From positions 640,001 to 704,000 of the forward strand of contig CAWDVR010000001.1 in NCBI GenBank assembly GCA_963805975.1: 64,000 bases of DNA, in the 5' to 3' direction. The notes beneath the pieces were generated by a model. It had not been told where the DNA came from. It saw only the letters and a program-made list of their open reading frames with translations, and searched no databases. Positions 39,222 to 49,653 of this stretch are shown here, in pieces (the first letter of the stretch is position 1; each line of letters starts with the position of its first letter). Both the position numbers and the translations under genes were made by a program. The stretch is from an uncultured Acidobacteriota bacterium (lineage in GTDB: Bacteria; Acidobacteriota; Thermoanaerobaculia; Multivoradales; SZUA-115).

Positions 39222-40658
39222 ATGATCTCGACCTTTCTTCGCTCCGTGTGTGTTGCCGTGGCCCTGGTCTCCCTGGTGTGGGTCGCCCGGGGAAGGGCGG
39301 TGGAGGGCACGCGCACGATCGCTCTGCCGTCGGATGCCGAGATTCGCCAGATGCTCGCCGAAAGGCTTGGTCCAGAGGACCGGGGAATCGGCGTCGTGGT
39401 CGGGGTGATCTCGCCGCAGGGTCGCAGGGTGGTCTCGTACGGCCGCCGCGGCCAGGGCGATCCGCGGCCTCTGGATGGCGATACCGCCTTCGAGATCGGC
39501 TCGGTGACCAAGGTGCTGACCGCGCTCCTCCTCGCCGACATGGTGCGCCAGGGCGAGGCAGCGCTCGTGGACCCGGTGGCGAAGTACCTGCCTGCCGGCA
39601 CCAGGGTCCCCCAGCGGAACGGGCACTCGATCAACCTGCTGGACCTCGCGACCCATACCTCGGGCCTGCCGTTCATGCCCGGCGGCGCGTTCGACGATTC
39701 GACCACCGCCAGCGCCTCGACGGCCCGCCTCTACCAGTTCCTCGCCGGCTCTGAGCTGCCGCGAGAGATCGGCGCGGAGTGGGAGTACTCGAACCTCGGC
39801 TACTGGCTGCTGGGCGAGGCGCTCGCGGCCCGCGCCGGCACCGGCTACGAGGCCCTTCTGCAGTCGCGTGTGCTGGGCCCGCTCGGGATGGCCCACACCA
39901 CGACGCGGCCGGATTCGAAGCTCGAAGCGAACCTTGCCGTGGGCCACGATGCCAGCTTCGAGCGAGCGCCGTACACTTCCTCGATCCCGATCTTCGCGGC
40001 CATGCCGGCTGCGGGCGGTATCTTCTCCACGGCCAACGACCTGCTGAAACTGCTCGGCGTGGCCATGGGCTACGAGCACTCGACCCTGAAGCCTTCGCTG
40101 GAGGCCCTGCTGCATCCACGCCGGCCGATGCCGGGAGCCGGGGCGGAGCAGGCTCTGGGCTGGGTGGTGATGGGGAAGGGGAGTGACCCGTGGGTCGTCC
40201 ACGACGGCGGCACCTTCGGGTTCTCGAGCTCCGTGGCCTGGGACCCCGAGGCCCGCGTCGGGATCGTCGTGCTCTCGAACCAGGTGACCGGCGTGGGTGA
40301 CATCGCGCGCCACCTGCTCCGGCCGGAGATCCCGCTGGCGAAGCCGCTGCTCGCGAAGCGCACCGAGATCGCGCTCGACGGCGCGGTGCTCGACACCTAC
40401 GTTGGCCAGTACGAGGCGCGGGGCGAAGGAGCCTTCCACATCGCCCGCGAAGGCGATTTTCTAACCTTCGTGGCACCGGAGAGCTGGGGCCTGCCGAAGC
40501 TCCGGCTGCGACCGGAGAGCCGGCGGGGCTTCTTCACCGCCGAGCTGCCGTTGCGGGTCGTCTTCGAGGCGGACGCGTCCGGCCGCGTGACCGGCGTGCT
40601 GATCCATCCGCCGCGCGGCCAGAAGGCGGTCCCCGCCGGCAGAGTCCCTCCGGGATAA
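39222..40658 (+). CDS. Serine hydrolase, beta-lactamase/AmpC-like family, with a C-terminal DUF3471-like domain
   Basis: FEIGSVTK (SxxK), LATHTSGLP, YSNLG (YxN), HDGGTFGF; AAGGAGG RBS. Confidence 0.88.
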   Translation: MISTFLRSVCVAVALVSLVWVARGRAVEGTRTIALPSDAEIRQMLAERLGPEDRGIGVVVGVISPQGRRVVSYGRRGQGDPRPLDGDTAFEIGSVTKVLTALLLADMVRQGEAALVDPVAKYLPAGTRVPQRNGHSINLLDLATHTSGLPFMPGGAFDDSTTASASTARLYQFLAGSELPREIGAEWEYSNLGYWLLGEALAARAGTGYEALLQSRVLGPLGMAHTTTRPDSKLEANLAVGHDASFERAPYTSSIPIFAAMPAAGGIFSTANDLLKLLGVAMGYEHSTLKPSLEALLHPRRPMPGAGAEQALGWVVMGKGSDPWVVHDGGTFGFSSSVAWDPEARVGIVVLSNQVTGVGDIARHLLRPEIPLAKPLLAKRTEIALDGAVLDTYVGQYEARGEGAFHIAREGDFLTFVAPESWGLPKLRLRPESRRGFFTAELPLRVVFEADASGRVTGVLIHPPRGQKAVPAGRVPPG

Positions 40659-40711
40659 GGCGCTCCGCGGGCCGGGTGCTAGGCTGATCGTGCAGGCCGG
40701 CGGAGCCAAAC

Positions 40712-41578
40712 GTGACGCGAGAGCCCCTTCATCGTCTGCCAGCTTCCCGCCAGGCGGCCCCCCACGGCCTCGCCGCCCCGCTCGCGGTGCTGCGGATGGG
40801 CTTCGTCCTCGCGTGGCTGTCGGTGCCCGGGCAAGCGGTCGCCGGGCAGCCGCCGCCCACTTCTCCTGCCGAGGCCACGCCCCCTGCGCCTCCGGCCGCA
40901 GCGCGGGCGCCCCTGCCACCGCCGGGGGAGATGGCGCGGTGCAAGCGGCTGATCGATGCGGGTCACTACGAGGCAGCGCGCGCACGACTTCAACCCATCG
41001 TGGACCAGCACCCGGCGTGGGCGCGGGCGGTGTCGCTCCTCGCGCTGACCTACTACCGGGAGAGCCGCTTCGAGCTGGCCAAGCCGCTCTTCGAGAGGGC
41101 CCTGGCGACAGGCCCTGACGAGGTCGCCAGCTTGCCGCTCTACGGCTGGAGCCTCTACTCGCTGGGGGAGCTCGACGCGGCGGAGAAGGCGTTCGAAACG
41201 CTCCTGGAACGGAGGCCCGACTACGCTCCGGCCCACTACGCGCTCGGTGTGATCCGCCTCGATCGAGACGAGATCGAGCCCGCGCGCCAGCGGTTCGAAG
41301 CGACGGTCGAGCTGGCTTCGCGGCAGGCCGACCCGCCGATGGAGGGCAGGGCACGGGCGCGGCTCGGCGACCTTTACGTACGTCTGGACGATCTCGCGGC
41401 AGCTAGAAAGGAGCTCGAAGCGGCGGTCGGTCTCTTCCCGGACGAGGTCGAGGCGCACTTCAAGCTGTCGCGCGTCCTCCAGCGCCTGGGCGACAGCGCG
41501 GGAGCGGAGGCATCCCGCCGACGCTTCGAGGAAGCGAAGGCCAGGGCGCGCCCCGGAACCATCCCTCCGCCGAGCTGA
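40712..41578 (+). CDS. Tetratricopeptide repeat protein (exported)
   Basis: Repeated TPR helices (PDYAPAHYALG, PDEVEAHFKLSRVLQRLG); start uncertain. Confidence 0.8.
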   Translation: MTREPLHRLPASRQAAPHGLAAPLAVLRMGFVLAWLSVPGQAVAGQPPPTSPAEATPPAPPAAARAPLPPPGEMARCKRLIDAGHYEAARARLQPIVDQHPAWARAVSLLALTYYRESRFELAKPLFERALATGPDEVASLPLYGWSLYSLGELDAAEKAFETLLERRPDYAPAHYALGVIRLDRDEIEPARQRFEATVELASRQADPPMEGRARARLGDLYVRLDDLAAARKELEAAVGLFPDEVEAHFKLSRVLQRLGDSAGAEASRRRFEEAKARARPGTIPPPS

Positions 41579-41584
41579 GAGCGC

Positions 41585-43291
41585 GTGACGAGTCGAGACC
41601 TCGCCCGGCTCCTGGCCGCTCTGTCGGTGTTCGTCTGCATCGAGCCGCCGCCGGTGAAGTGCGCCGAAGCGATGCCGCTCCGCTTCACGCCGGTGCCGGA
41701 GTCCGCAGGGATCGACCTGGTGATGACCAGCGGAGGCATGCCGAGCCGGGAGATCCTGGAGGTCAACGGCGGCGGCATCGCGCTGTTCGACTATGACAAC
41801 GACGGCGACCTCGACGTCTTCCTGGCCAATGGCGCGACGCTCGGCGACCCGGAGCGCGGCCCCGGTTCGCGTCTCTATGCCAACCGCGGGGACGGGACCT
41901 TCGAGGATGTGACGAATCGCGTGGGCCTCCGGCTCCGTCGCTGGGCCATGGGTGCGGCGGTGGGCGACTACGACGGCGACGGCTGGGACGACCTCTACGT
42001 CACCTGCTACGGCCCGGACGTGCTGCTGCGCAACGAGGCCGAAGGCGGGGGTGGGCGGCGATTCCGTGACGTGTCGCGCGAGGTGGGCGTGGCGGACGAG
42101 GCGTGGTCCACCAGCGCCGCCTTCGCCGACCTGGACCTGGACGGCGACCTCGACCTGTACGTGGTCAACTACCTCGAGCTCGATCCGGCGCACCCGCCCA
42201 GCCGCGCGGGCAAGGAGTTCAAGGGCGTGCCGGTGATGGCCGGGCCGCGCGGGCTCGAGGCTCAGGCAGACGTGCTCTACGAGAACCTCGGCAACGGCAG
42301 GTTCCGGGACGTGACCCGCGCGGCCGGGTGCCGCGTGGACACGGGTTTGGACTACGGGCTCAGCGTGCGGATCTTCGACTTCGACCGCGACGGCAGGCCC
42401 GACATCTTCGTCGGCAACGACTCGACGGCGAACCAGCTCTTCCGCAACCGCGGCGGGCTCTCGTTCGAGGAGGTCGCGGTGGTCGCGGGGATCGCCGCGA
42501 ACGGCATGGGGGTCACGCAGGCCACCATGGGCGTCGGGCAGGTGGATGCGGACGGCAACGGGGCCCTGGACCTCTTCCTCACCGTGTTCTCGGACGACAC
42601 CAACACCCTCCAGCTCAATCTCGGCAACGGCCTGTTCGACGACCGCTCGGCCCAGTACGGGCTGGCGGCGGTCAGCCGGCCGTACCTGGGGTGGGGTTGC
42701 GGGTTCTACGACTTCGATCTCGATGGCGACGAAGATCTCTTCATCGCCAACGGGCACGTGTACCCGGAGATGGACGGGCCCCAGATCGGCAGCTCCTGGG
42801 CCCAGAGACCGCTGCTCTTCGAGCGCCGCGGTGCTCGCTTCGAGGCGGCGAGCTGCGCCGGAGGGTGGTGCGACGAGCGCTTCCACGGCCGCGCCACCGC
42901 CTTCGGCGATCTCGACGGCGATCGAGACGTCGACGTGCTGATGACCACCCTGAATGGCCCGGTGCTGGCGCTGCGGAACGACGTGCCTGCCGGGCGCTCC
43001 CTCGTCGTGCGGCTCGCGGGACCGCCGGGCGACCTCGCTGCGATCGGCAGCCTGGTGGAGGTCGAGACCCCCGCCGGGACCCAGCGGCGCTGGCTCACCG
43101 GCGGCGGCAGCTTTCAATCGGTCGATGCACCGGATGCCTACTTCGGCCTGGGCGAGGGAGCGAAGAGCGGGAGGGTCACTCTCCGCGTGCGCTGGCCGGA
43201 CGGCACGGTCCGCCGGTTCGAGGGCGTCGCCGTCGATCAGGTCGTGGTGGTCGGGAACCCGGCGCGACCCGCGAGCGACGCCGGGGACTGA
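41585..43291 (+). CDS. CRTAC1/ASPIC-UnbV family FG-GAP repeat protein
   Basis: Multiple DxDxDGxxDL repeats; C-terminal AIGSLVEV...GGSFQS...YFGLG...VRWPDG. Confidence 0.9.
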   Translation: MTSRDLARLLAALSVFVCIEPPPVKCAEAMPLRFTPVPESAGIDLVMTSGGMPSREILEVNGGGIALFDYDNDGDLDVFLANGATLGDPERGPGSRLYANRGDGTFEDVTNRVGLRLRRWAMGAAVGDYDGDGWDDLYVTCYGPDVLLRNEAEGGGGRRFRDVSREVGVADEAWSTSAAFADLDLDGDLDLYVVNYLELDPAHPPSRAGKEFKGVPVMAGPRGLEAQADVLYENLGNGRFRDVTRAAGCRVDTGLDYGLSVRIFDFDRDGRPDIFVGNDSTANQLFRNRGGLSFEEVAVVAGIAANGMGVTQATMGVGQVDADGNGALDLFLTVFSDDTNTLQLNLGNGLFDDRSAQYGLAAVSRPYLGWGCGFYDFDLDGDEDLFIANGHVYPEMDGPQIGSSWAQRPLLFERRGARFEAASCAGGWCDERFHGRATAFGDLDGDRDVDVLMTTLNGPVLALRNDVPAGRSLVVRLAGPPGDLAAIGSLVEVETPAGTQRRWLTGGGSFQSVDAPDAYFGLGEGAKSGRVTLRVRWPDGTVRRFEGVAVDQVVVVGNPARPASDAGD

Positions 43292-43306
43292 GCGAGACGA
43301 GCGAAG

Positions 43307-45064
43307 CTACTGGATCGTCGCCGTCCAGGCAGCGGTGTTCCCCGACTCGAACCCGTCCGCGAACACGGCGCTCTCGACCACGGTGCCGAAGGTCTCGAAG
43401 CGGAACACTTTGCTGACCGCGGCCGGCGAGCCGCCGCCGGTGTCGAAGACGTACCAGCGGCCGAACCACTCGCTCCCGGCGAGCTCCGGGTCGTCGTCGA
43501 TCGCCACAGTGACCGAGCCGAAGCCGGCCCCGGCGCCCGTGCCCTGGAGCACGACGTCCTCGAACGCGAAGCTGCCGCTCGCGGGCACGGCGAGCCCGGG
43601 GTCCTGGTCGTCGATCACCAGCCGCGCGCTGGCGCCTCCCAGGGCATTCCACACTCCCACCGTGAACCTCGGGTTGCCGATCAAAGGCGGCTCGAGGGCC
43701 ACGACCACGGGGACCAGGGCGCCGGTGCCCGGGAGCCCTGCGCCCTCGATCTTGGGCACGCGCGACGACTCGGTGTAGAGCGTCGGCCGGTCGAACGGCG
43801 GCCGCTCCGGGGCGAGCCGCGGGTCGGTGAGCGGCCGGCCGAGGAACGCCAGGAGGTCGCTCTTCTGCTGCGCCGTGAGGTTCAGCACCGCGAGCTCGGG
43901 GGTGGGGAAGTGCCCGCCCTGGTCGTAGAAGTCGACCACTTCGGTAAGGGTCGCGAAGCGCCCGTTATGCATGAAGGGCGGGCGCAGCTCGAGATTGCGC
44001 AGGCTGGGGGTACGGGTCTTCCCCTCGTCGGCAGAATTGCCGGTCACTTCCATGCGTGCCTGGTCGTCGCTCTTGGGCCTCACTCCCGTGTAGTGGAACT
44101 GGTGATCGCTCAGGATCGCCGCCTGGTGGCAGTTGTCGCACTGCCCGACGCCGGCGAACACCGAGCGCCCCGCGAGCTCCGGCGCAGTGAGGCCCTGGCC
44201 GGTGGCGAGAAAGGTGTCGAAGGGCGTCTGGTTGGTGAACTGCGTGCGCTCGTAGCTGGCGAGGGCCATGGCGATCCGCGCGGGGGTGATCTCCGCCGTG
44301 CCGAACGCCTCCTGGAACAGCGCGGCATAGCCGCGTCCGGCGATCCAGGCACGCAGCGGGGTCGGGACCTCCGGCGACAGCGCGAGCGGGACGGATTCGT
44401 CGATGCGGTCCACGACCTCCTGCCAGACCCGCCCGACGTGCGCCATCTCGTCGGCGGCGAGCGGCGGCCCCACGGCCTGGCTCTCGAGCGCGCCGCGGTT
44501 CGGCAGGATCACCGCCAGCGTCAGGGGATCGACGAACTGGGCCGGCGCCCGGCCGTCCCAGAACAGCTCGGGGGAATAGCCGGCGTTGATCGAAGAGGTG
44601 GTCCGCCGGCGCGTCACCTGCTCGATCAGGCCGAAGTGAGTGCTCCATTCGTAGAGGCCGTCGGCCTGGCTGCGCGGAACTCCGGGAGAGCCGAACACGT
44701 CATCGGCCCCTCCGAAGAGGCCATCCGGGCCCGGGTGCGCGGCGAGCGGGCTGAGCCCGGAGCGCGGGTCTCCGCCGCCGGCGGCCGGGATGTGGCAGGT
44801 CCCGCAAGCCACGGTGCGGGTGGAGGAGATCTGCTCGTCCCAGAAGAGCACTTTGCCGAGGTTCGCCTTGGCGACTGTCAGCGAGTTCCCTGCCGGCTGT
44901 GGTGGAGCCAGGAGCTGGGCTTGTACGGCTACGCAGAAGAGGAGGAGGGCCGTGGCCAGAGTCGGCGGGCCGAGGCGCCCGACCCGGCCGGCGAGCGCGC
45001 TCGTGCAGGGAGTTGCCGTGCGGTTGGGAGGCGCCTCCAGGGGTGTTCTCATCGAATCATTCAT
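43307..45064 (-). CDS. Diheme cytochrome c peroxidase/MauG superfamily protein with a C-terminal extension
   Basis: LGKVLFWD, CGTCH, LFWDGRA, CDNCH, RTPSLRN, PFMHNG; ends VFADGFESGNTAAW. Confidence 0.88.
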   Translation of the reverse strand: MNDSMRTPLEAPPNRTATPCTSALAGRVGRLGPPTLATALLLFCVAVQAQLLAPPQPAGNSLTVAKANLGKVLFWDEQISSTRTVACGTCHIPAAGGGDPRSGLSPLAAHPGPDGLFGGADDVFGSPGVPRSQADGLYEWSTHFGLIEQVTRRRTTSSINAGYSPELFWDGRAPAQFVDPLTLAVILPNRGALESQAVGPPLAADEMAHVGRVWQEVVDRIDESVPLALSPEVPTPLRAWIAGRGYAALFQEAFGTAEITPARIAMALASYERTQFTNQTPFDTFLATGQGLTAPELAGRSVFAGVGQCDNCHQAAILSDHQFHYTGVRPKSDDQARMEVTGNSADEGKTRTPSLRNLELRPPFMHNGRFATLTEVVDFYDQGGHFPTPELAVLNLTAQQKSDLLAFLGRPLTDPRLAPERPPFDRPTLYTESSRVPKIEGAGLPGTGALVPVVVALEPPLIGNPRFTVGVWNALGGASARLVIDDQDPGLAVPASGSFAFEDVVLQGTGAGAGFGSVTVAIDDDPELAGSEWFGRWYVFDTGGGSPAAVSKVFRFETFGTVVESAVFADGFESGNTAAWTATIQ

Positions 45065-45190
45065 TCCTTCGCTTCCCTTTGATTCTTGACGCGCTGCTGC
45101 TCCGGCGCGGCGCGTTTCCGCACTCTGCGGTGCTCTCGATCAAGCTGCCGGTGAACTATAGTACGACCTACGCCAGTAGGAGATGACACC

Positions 45191-46597
45191 GTGACCTCAC
45201 GCCGGACCAGTCTTACGAACTCCAGTCTCGCCACCGTTTTTCCGCTCGCCTGCGCCTTCCTGGTGGGGGGCTCGCTGCTCGTGTCGCGGGTGGCCGTCGC
45301 CGGCGACTGGCTGATCTACGTCGACGAGACGAGCAGCCGCATCGCGGCCGATCCCAGCGTCGGTATCAACGACGTGCAGGAGAAGGACTTCGTCACCGGG
45401 GACGTGGACAAGGATGGCGACACCGATCTGATCGTCGTGCGCAAGACGCCCTTCACCAACCCCGGCGGTTTCCGCAACGTGCTGTTCCTCAACGAGAAGG
45501 GGGTGATGACGGACCGCACCTCCACTCTCGCTCCGGATTTTCTCGATCCGACCGACGACCGCGACGTGAAGCTGACCGACGTCGACGGGGACACCTGGCT
45601 CGACATCGTCACCGCCGGCACCTTTGGCGAGCAGCCGCGGGTGCTGATGAACCTGGGCACCAGCGCCGGGGCGTGGCAGGGCTTCGACTACCAGCCGGCG
45701 CGGTTGCCGGTCCTCATCTCTCCGCTGGGCAACGGGCCGAAGTTCTGCGGCCTGGGCGTCGGCGACGTCACCGGCGACGGGCGCCCCGAGCTCTACTTCT
45801 CCGACTACGAGAACGACATGGAGGACCGCCTGCTGGTCAACAACGGCGCCGGGTTCTTCACCGATCAGACCACCAGCCGCATGACGCCGACGATGGTGAG
45901 CTCGGTCTTCGGCACCGATGCAGACATCGTGGACATGAACGGCGACGGCTTCAACGACATCATCAAGGACAACGCCACCGGCAGCGGCGGCTCCGCGGGC
46001 GGCGGCGCGCCGGCGGTCTCGATCCTCTACAACAACGGCACCGGCAACTTCACGGTCATGGACACGATCTACGACGACGCGCCCTACATGGTGGCGCCGG
46101 CAGACTTCACCCAGGACGGCAGGCTCGACCTCTTCATCGTGGACGACGGCCAGGACGTCTATCTCATCAACACCGGCAACAACGGTCAGGGTCGCGCGCA
46201 GTTCACCACCCACATGTCGAACCCGAGCCCGAACACCAACTTCTTCGGTGGCAACGTCCAGTTCGCCGACCTCGACAACGACGGCGTGCTCGACGTGCTG
46301 ATCTCCGATGTGGACACCGATGCCCCCGGCTGCGACCGCCAGCTCGTCGTGCTGAAGGGGCAGGGTGTGCCCCCGGCCATCACCTACTCCGACCCCCTGC
46401 TGGGCGACAGCCGCCCCTGGACGCCGCTGGGAACCTTCGACGTCGCGCCCATGCACATCAACGACGACGGCATGCTCGATCTCTGGATCGGCACCTGCGA
46501 CGGCACCCTGGTCTTCATGGGCGTGGACCCCGCCTTCGTCTTCGCGGACGGCTTCGAGGCTGGCAACACCTCGGCGTGGTCTCTGACCGTGCCCTGA
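45191..46597 (+). CDS. Secreted FG-GAP/VCBS repeat beta-propeller
   Basis: About seven DxDxDG-type repeats; ends VFADGFEAGNTSAWS. Confidence 0.85.
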   Translation: MTSRRTSLTNSSLATVFPLACAFLVGGSLLVSRVAVAGDWLIYVDETSSRIAADPSVGINDVQEKDFVTGDVDKDGDTDLIVVRKTPFTNPGGFRNVLFLNEKGVMTDRTSTLAPDFLDPTDDRDVKLTDVDGDTWLDIVTAGTFGEQPRVLMNLGTSAGAWQGFDYQPARLPVLISPLGNGPKFCGLGVGDVTGDGRPELYFSDYENDMEDRLLVNNGAGFFTDQTTSRMTPTMVSSVFGTDADIVDMNGDGFNDIIKDNATGSGGSAGGGAPAVSILYNNGTGNFTVMDTIYDDAPYMVAPADFTQDGRLDLFIVDDGQDVYLINTGNNGQGRAQFTTHMSNPSPNTNFFGGNVQFADLDNDGVLDVLISDVDTDAPGCDRQLVVLKGQGVPPAITYSDPLLGDSRPWTPLGTFDVAPMHINDDGMLDLWIGTCDGTLVFMGVDPAFVFADGFEAGNTSAWSLTVP

Positions 46598-46939
46598 GGG
46601 CGAGGCCGGAGGCCCGGGACCACCGTCGCAGGTGATCGAGGAAACCTGGGCGTGGAGTGCAGTTTCGAGGCCGGCCGCCACTTCGCGAACGCATCGAGAC
46701 CGAGGCCGAGAGCGGCAGCTCGAGCGCCGACGAGGTGAGCGGCCTCGCCACCGGCGTGGCCCTTAAGAGGAAGGCCCTACTGAGCCGCACCGTGACCCCT
46801 GCGGGTGAGTTCTAGGTTCCTGCAGGCAGGCAGCCGCGCTCATAGATCTCACGATCGACCTCTTGGGAAAGGCGCAGTTCCGGCCCGAGCCACCTGCCGA
46901 GTCCCTTTGTTTTGAGCAGGTTGCGCATATCACATGGAA

Positions 46940-46955
46940 TGGCCTGAGGCTTGCT
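46940..46955 (+). promoter_or_regulatory. Putative sigma54 (-24/-12) promoter
   Basis: TGGCCTGAGGCTTGCT has exact GG-N10-GC spacing; an AT-rich, weak IHF-like tract lies at ~46903-46923; long intergenic region. Confidence 0.55.
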
Positions 46956-47175
46956 CAGGCCCGTGGCGAACGGTCGAAGACCATGACCACCGTCACGACG
47001 CGAAGGGAGCGTGGCACTCTTACATGCAGACCCTTGGTGAGTCGGGTGCTAGAGGGGCGCGTGCGGGTTGACCCTGCGGGGTCGGTCGATCACAATGACT
47101 GTCAACGCGGTTGGGGACGCGGGTGTGAGCCTCGGTCGCCCTCCAGCCACAACGATGTTTGCAGAGGTGCTCGCC

Positions 47176-47769
47176 ATGCAGAGTCTCGCTGCCCCCGCGA
47201 TTTCGGCGCCCGTCCAGGGCGGGTTGGTGCGCCGGCTCAACACCGAGTGGCACAAGCCGGCCCTGATCACGTTCGGGATCATCGTTCTCGCCCACTGGGC
47301 GGAGCACCTGGCCCAGGCGTTCCAGATCTACGCCCTCGGCTGGCCGGTGCCGGAGTCGCGCGGCGTGCTCGGCCTGTGGTTCCCCTGGCTGGTCAAGTCG
47401 GAGCTGCTGCACTACAGCTACGCGCTGGTGATGCTGGCCGGCCTGTGGGTGTTCCGCAGCGGGTTCAAGGGCCGCGGCTACGTCTGGTGGATGATCGCGT
47501 TCTGGATCCAGTTCTGGCACCACATCGAGCACGCGCTGTTGCAGGGCCAGGCCCTGGTCGGCAAGAACCTCTTCGACTCCCCGGTACCGACCAGCATCGT
47601 GCAGCTCTGGGTGCCGCGGGTCGAGCTGCATCTCTTCTACAACGCGATCGTGTTCATACCGATGGTGGTGGCGATGTACTACCACATGTTTCCGTCGCCT
47701 CAGGACGAGGCCCAGCACCAGTGCTCCTGCTCGCTGCACGGCCACAGTCACGCTCGTAGCCACTCCTGA
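47176..47769 (+). CDS. His-rich integral membrane protein of unknown function
   Basis: GAGGTG RBS; helices carrying HWAEH, ELLHY, FWHHIEH, ELHLFYN; C-terminal CSCSLHGHSH. Confidence 0.75.
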   Translation: MQSLAAPAISAPVQGGLVRRLNTEWHKPALITFGIIVLAHWAEHLAQAFQIYALGWPVPESRGVLGLWFPWLVKSELLHYSYALVMLAGLWVFRSGFKGRGYVWWMIAFWIQFWHHIEHALLQGQALVGKNLFDSPVPTSIVQLWVPRVELHLFYNAIVFIPMVVAMYYHMFPSPQDEAQHQCSCSLHGHSHARSHS

Positions 47770-47792
47770 GGCAGGCGCCGCCGGTCGCACGC

Positions 47793-48173
47793 GTGCTCCG
47801 TCGCCTCGTCGCCGTTCTCCTGTTGGCGCTGGCAGTAGGCTGCTCGCGCCCCGGCGCCGAGGATGACGGCGTGCGTATGGAGATGAGCGTTACGCCGCAG
47901 CCGCCGGTCACAGGCCTGGCCCGGCTCGAGATCCGCATTCGTGATGCGCAGGGCCGGGCGCTGGCGGCGACCGCCGTCGGGCTGGAAGCCAACATGACGC
48001 ACCCGGGCATGAAGCCCAGCTTCGCCACCGCCCGGCGTGAGCGGCCGGACCGCTGGCTGGCCGAGGTCGAGCTGACGATGGCCGGCGACTGGGTCGTGCT
48101 GGTCGACGCCCGGCTCGAGGATGGCCGCACGGTCCGCCGCTCCCTTCCGCTGCCGGGCGTGGAGCCGCGGTGA
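47793..48173 (+). CDS. YtkA/FixH-like lipoprotein
   Basis: LAVGC lipobox; EANMTHPGM; LTMAGDWVV. Confidence 0.78.
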   Translation: MLRRLVAVLLLALAVGCSRPGAEDDGVRMEMSVTPQPPVTGLARLEIRIRDAQGRALAATAVGLEANMTHPGMKPSFATARRERPDRWLAEVELTMAGDWVVLVDARLEDGRTVRRSLPLPGVEPR

Positions 48174-49651
48174 GCGCGGCCCCGGCTCGGGATGAAGCCC
48201 AGGCGCCGGCATTCGATCTGCTGCGCCTGCCGGTGGTCGGTACGCTCCTACGCCGGCCGGCGACGCGGACCGCGGCTCGGTTGTTCCTCCTGGCCTTGGC
48301 CCTCCTCATGGTCCTGCAGGGTTGGTTCGGCTCGCAACTGGGGCCCAAGAACCTGTCGACACTATTGACCTGGGTGCACTACCGGGGGCTGCTGGTCCTG
48401 GCACTGCTGATTGCCGGCAACGTGTTCTGCTACTCCTGTCCCATGGTTCTGTTCCGCGACCTGCTGCGCCGTTTTTTTCACCCGGCGCTGGCCTGGCCAC
48501 GGCGGCTGCGCAACAAGTGGACGGCGGTCGCGCTCTTCGCCGGCGTGCTCTACCTGTACGAGCTGTTCGACCTGTGGGGCGACCCGTGGCTCACGGCGTG
48601 GCTGATCGCCGGCTACTTCGTGGTGGCATCGGTGGTCGACGTGCTGTTCCGCGGCGCGTCGTTCTGCAAGTACCTGTGCCCGGTCGGCCAGTTCAACTTC
48701 CTGTCCTCGACCGTCTCGCCGCTCGAGGTCACGGTCCGCGATCGCGACGTGTGCGCCGGCTGCAAGGGCAAGGAGTGCATCGCCGGCGCCGCGGCGACGC
48801 TCGCACGCCCCGCCCAACGGGGCTGCGAGCTGGCCCTGTTCCAGCCCCGCAAGGTGGGCAACCTCGACTGCACGTTCTGCCTCGACTGCGTCTATGCCTG
48901 CCCCTACGAGAACGTCGGGATCTTCACCCGCGTCCCCGGCGCCGAGCTGGCAGAACCGGGCCCGCGCTCGGGTGTGGGGCGGCCGGCGGAGCGGCCCGAC
49001 CTCGCGTTCCTCGCCACGCTCTTCGCCTTCGGTGCGCTGCTCAACGTCTTCGGCATGGTCAGCCCGGTGCACGCGGTGGAGCAGTGGCTGTTCGCCCTGC
49101 TCGGCGTCCGCCACGAGGCGCCGGTCCTCGGCCTGGTGTTCGGGACGGTGCTGGTGCTCGAGCCGCTGTTGTTGCTCGGTGCGGCGGCGTGGATCTTCCG
49201 CCAGCTCACCGGCAGTGGCGAGACGATGCTGCGCATCGCTATGCGGTACGCCTACTCGCTGGTGCCGCTCGGCTTCGGCGTCTGGCTGTCCCACTACCTC
49301 TTCCACCTGGCGACCGGAGCCCTCACCTTCGTGCCGGTTGTGCAGTCGTTGCTCGAGAGAGCCGGGGTGGGGCTGCTCGGGCCGCCGGACTGGACCCTCG
49401 GCGGTCTGCCCGCGCCGTCGGTGCTGCCCTTCGAGCTCGGCTTCCTCGGTCTCGGCTTCGTGGTGACGCTGGCGGTGACCTGGCGGCTCGCCCTGGTCGA
49501 CGCGCCGAGCCGGGTGGGACGGGCGTTCCTGCCATGGGCGTGCCTGCACTCGCTGCTGCTGGCCACGGCCACATGGCTGCTCTTCCAGCCCATGGAGATG
49601 CGCGGGACATTCCTTTCTATGACGGGCCTCTCTATGACGGGCCTCTCTTGA
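48170..49651 (+). CDS. Membrane-bound 4Fe-4S protein (NapH/MauN/FixG-like)
   Basis: FCYSCP, FCKYLCP, CAGCKGKEC, CTFCLDCVYACP; many TM helices. Confidence 0.82.
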   Translation: MSAAPARDEAQAPAFDLLRLPVVGTLLRRPATRTAARLFLLALALLMVLQGWFGSQLGPKNLSTLLTWVHYRGLLVLALLIAGNVFCYSCPMVLFRDLLRRFFHPALAWPRRLRNKWTAVALFAGVLYLYELFDLWGDPWLTAWLIAGYFVVASVVDVLFRGASFCKYLCPVGQFNFLSSTVSPLEVTVRDRDVCAGCKGKECIAGAAATLARPAQRGCELALFQPRKVGNLDCTFCLDCVYACPYENVGIFTRVPGAELAEPGPRSGVGRPAERPDLAFLATLFAFGALLNVFGMVSPVHAVEQWLFALLGVRHEAPVLGLVFGTVLVLEPLLLLGAAAWIFRQLTGSGETMLRIAMRYAYSLVPLGFGVWLSHYLFHLATGALTFVPVVQSLLERAGVGLLGPPDWTLGGLPAPSVLPFELGFLGLGFVVTLAVTWRLALVDAPSRVGRAFLPWACLHSLLLATATWLLFQPMEMRGTFLSMTGLSMTGLS

Positions 49652-49653
49652 CG
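49616..49653 (+). repeat. 15-bp tandem duplication (tctatgacgggcctc x2 + partial) at a gene junction
   Basis: Directly visible; encodes SMTGL-SMTGL. Confidence 0.8.

Noticed and set aside
39222-40658. Bona fide antibiotic-resistance beta-lactamase
   Set aside because: The motifs fit the broad serine hydrolase family with a DUF3471-like tail; substrate cannot be inferred from sequence.
45151-45166. GAACTATAGTAC as a possible LexA box
   Set aside because: Imperfect single match, and the flanking genes are not SOS-type.
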